Positions 63,939-64,000 of a DNA stretch of 64,000 nucleotides are shown in pieces; positions within the stretch are counted from its first letter, which is position 1; every line of letters begins with the position of its first letter. A model generated the notes under the pieces. The model was not told the origin of the DNA. It saw only the letters and a program-made list of their open reading frames with translations, and did not search any database. This DNA is from Candidatus Dormiibacterota bacterium (GTDB lineage Bacteria; Chloroflexota; Dormibacteria; Aeolococcales; Bog-877): assembly GCA_035534915.1 (NCBI GenBank), contig DATLQZ010000111.1, positions 90,446-154,445 on the forward strand, in the 5' to 3' direction. A program made the translations under genes and the position numbers.

Positions 63939-64000
63939 CAGAGCTTATTACGTGATGCGTGCCTCTGCTCGCCCCGCCAACCCGGCGCCTGGCCGATCCT

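Overview
High-GC window (roughly two-thirds G+C by eye, not computed) with Actinomycetota-like gene content, GGAGG-type ribosome-binding sites and a few near-consensus TTGACA-17/18-TAnnnT promoters. I support about 50 protein-coding genes. I saw no rRNA, tRNA or CRISPR. Gene order: (1) cysE-cysK. (2) A GntR regulator, an FAH-family hydrolase, a five-gene Liv-type ABC importer, an aldehyde dehydrogenase and a crotonase, forming a catabolic block. (3) A junction at 10.5-13.9 kb with a decayed IS3 remnant, two SAM methyltransferases, stop-interrupted ORFs, small ORFs and a 13-bp x3 tandem repeat. (4) A PQQ sugar dehydrogenase lipoprotein, a formamidase, a dienelactone hydrolase and an MFS transporter. 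(5) A PucR regulator with mmsA and an omega-transaminase. (6) A cell-envelope locus of about 14 kb (25.4-39.7 kb). (7) A long transketolase-like gene, OsmC, a class V aminotransferase, pncB, prfC, a DUF302 pseudogene, a DOPA-dioxygenase-type enzyme, and a DUF5522 plus Dph6-like pair. (8) zwf-gnd-tal-pgi. (9) A cupin, a Kelch/beta-propeller lipoprotein, a DedA-RDD-ArsR fusion protein, an NCS1 permease, hpt and a quinone oxidoreductase. The best candidate for an undescribed system is the envelope locus. Its core is a tightly translationally coupled minus-strand operon: GT2 polyprenyl-phosphate sugar synthase, GtrA flippase, HprK-like P-loop protein, GT-C transferase, membrane-anchored PLC/AcpA-type phosphoesterase, and an Ig-like membrane protein. 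It is flanked by a GH99-like secreted enzyme and a 1081-aa purple-acid-phosphatase-like protein that carries three tandem copies of an unnamed Cys-containing domain. A predicted promoter lies about 500 nt upstream of the operon's first start codon. CDS coordinates come from the ORF track (internal starts were computed as codon offsets). Motif coordinates I read myself may be off by 1-2 nt.
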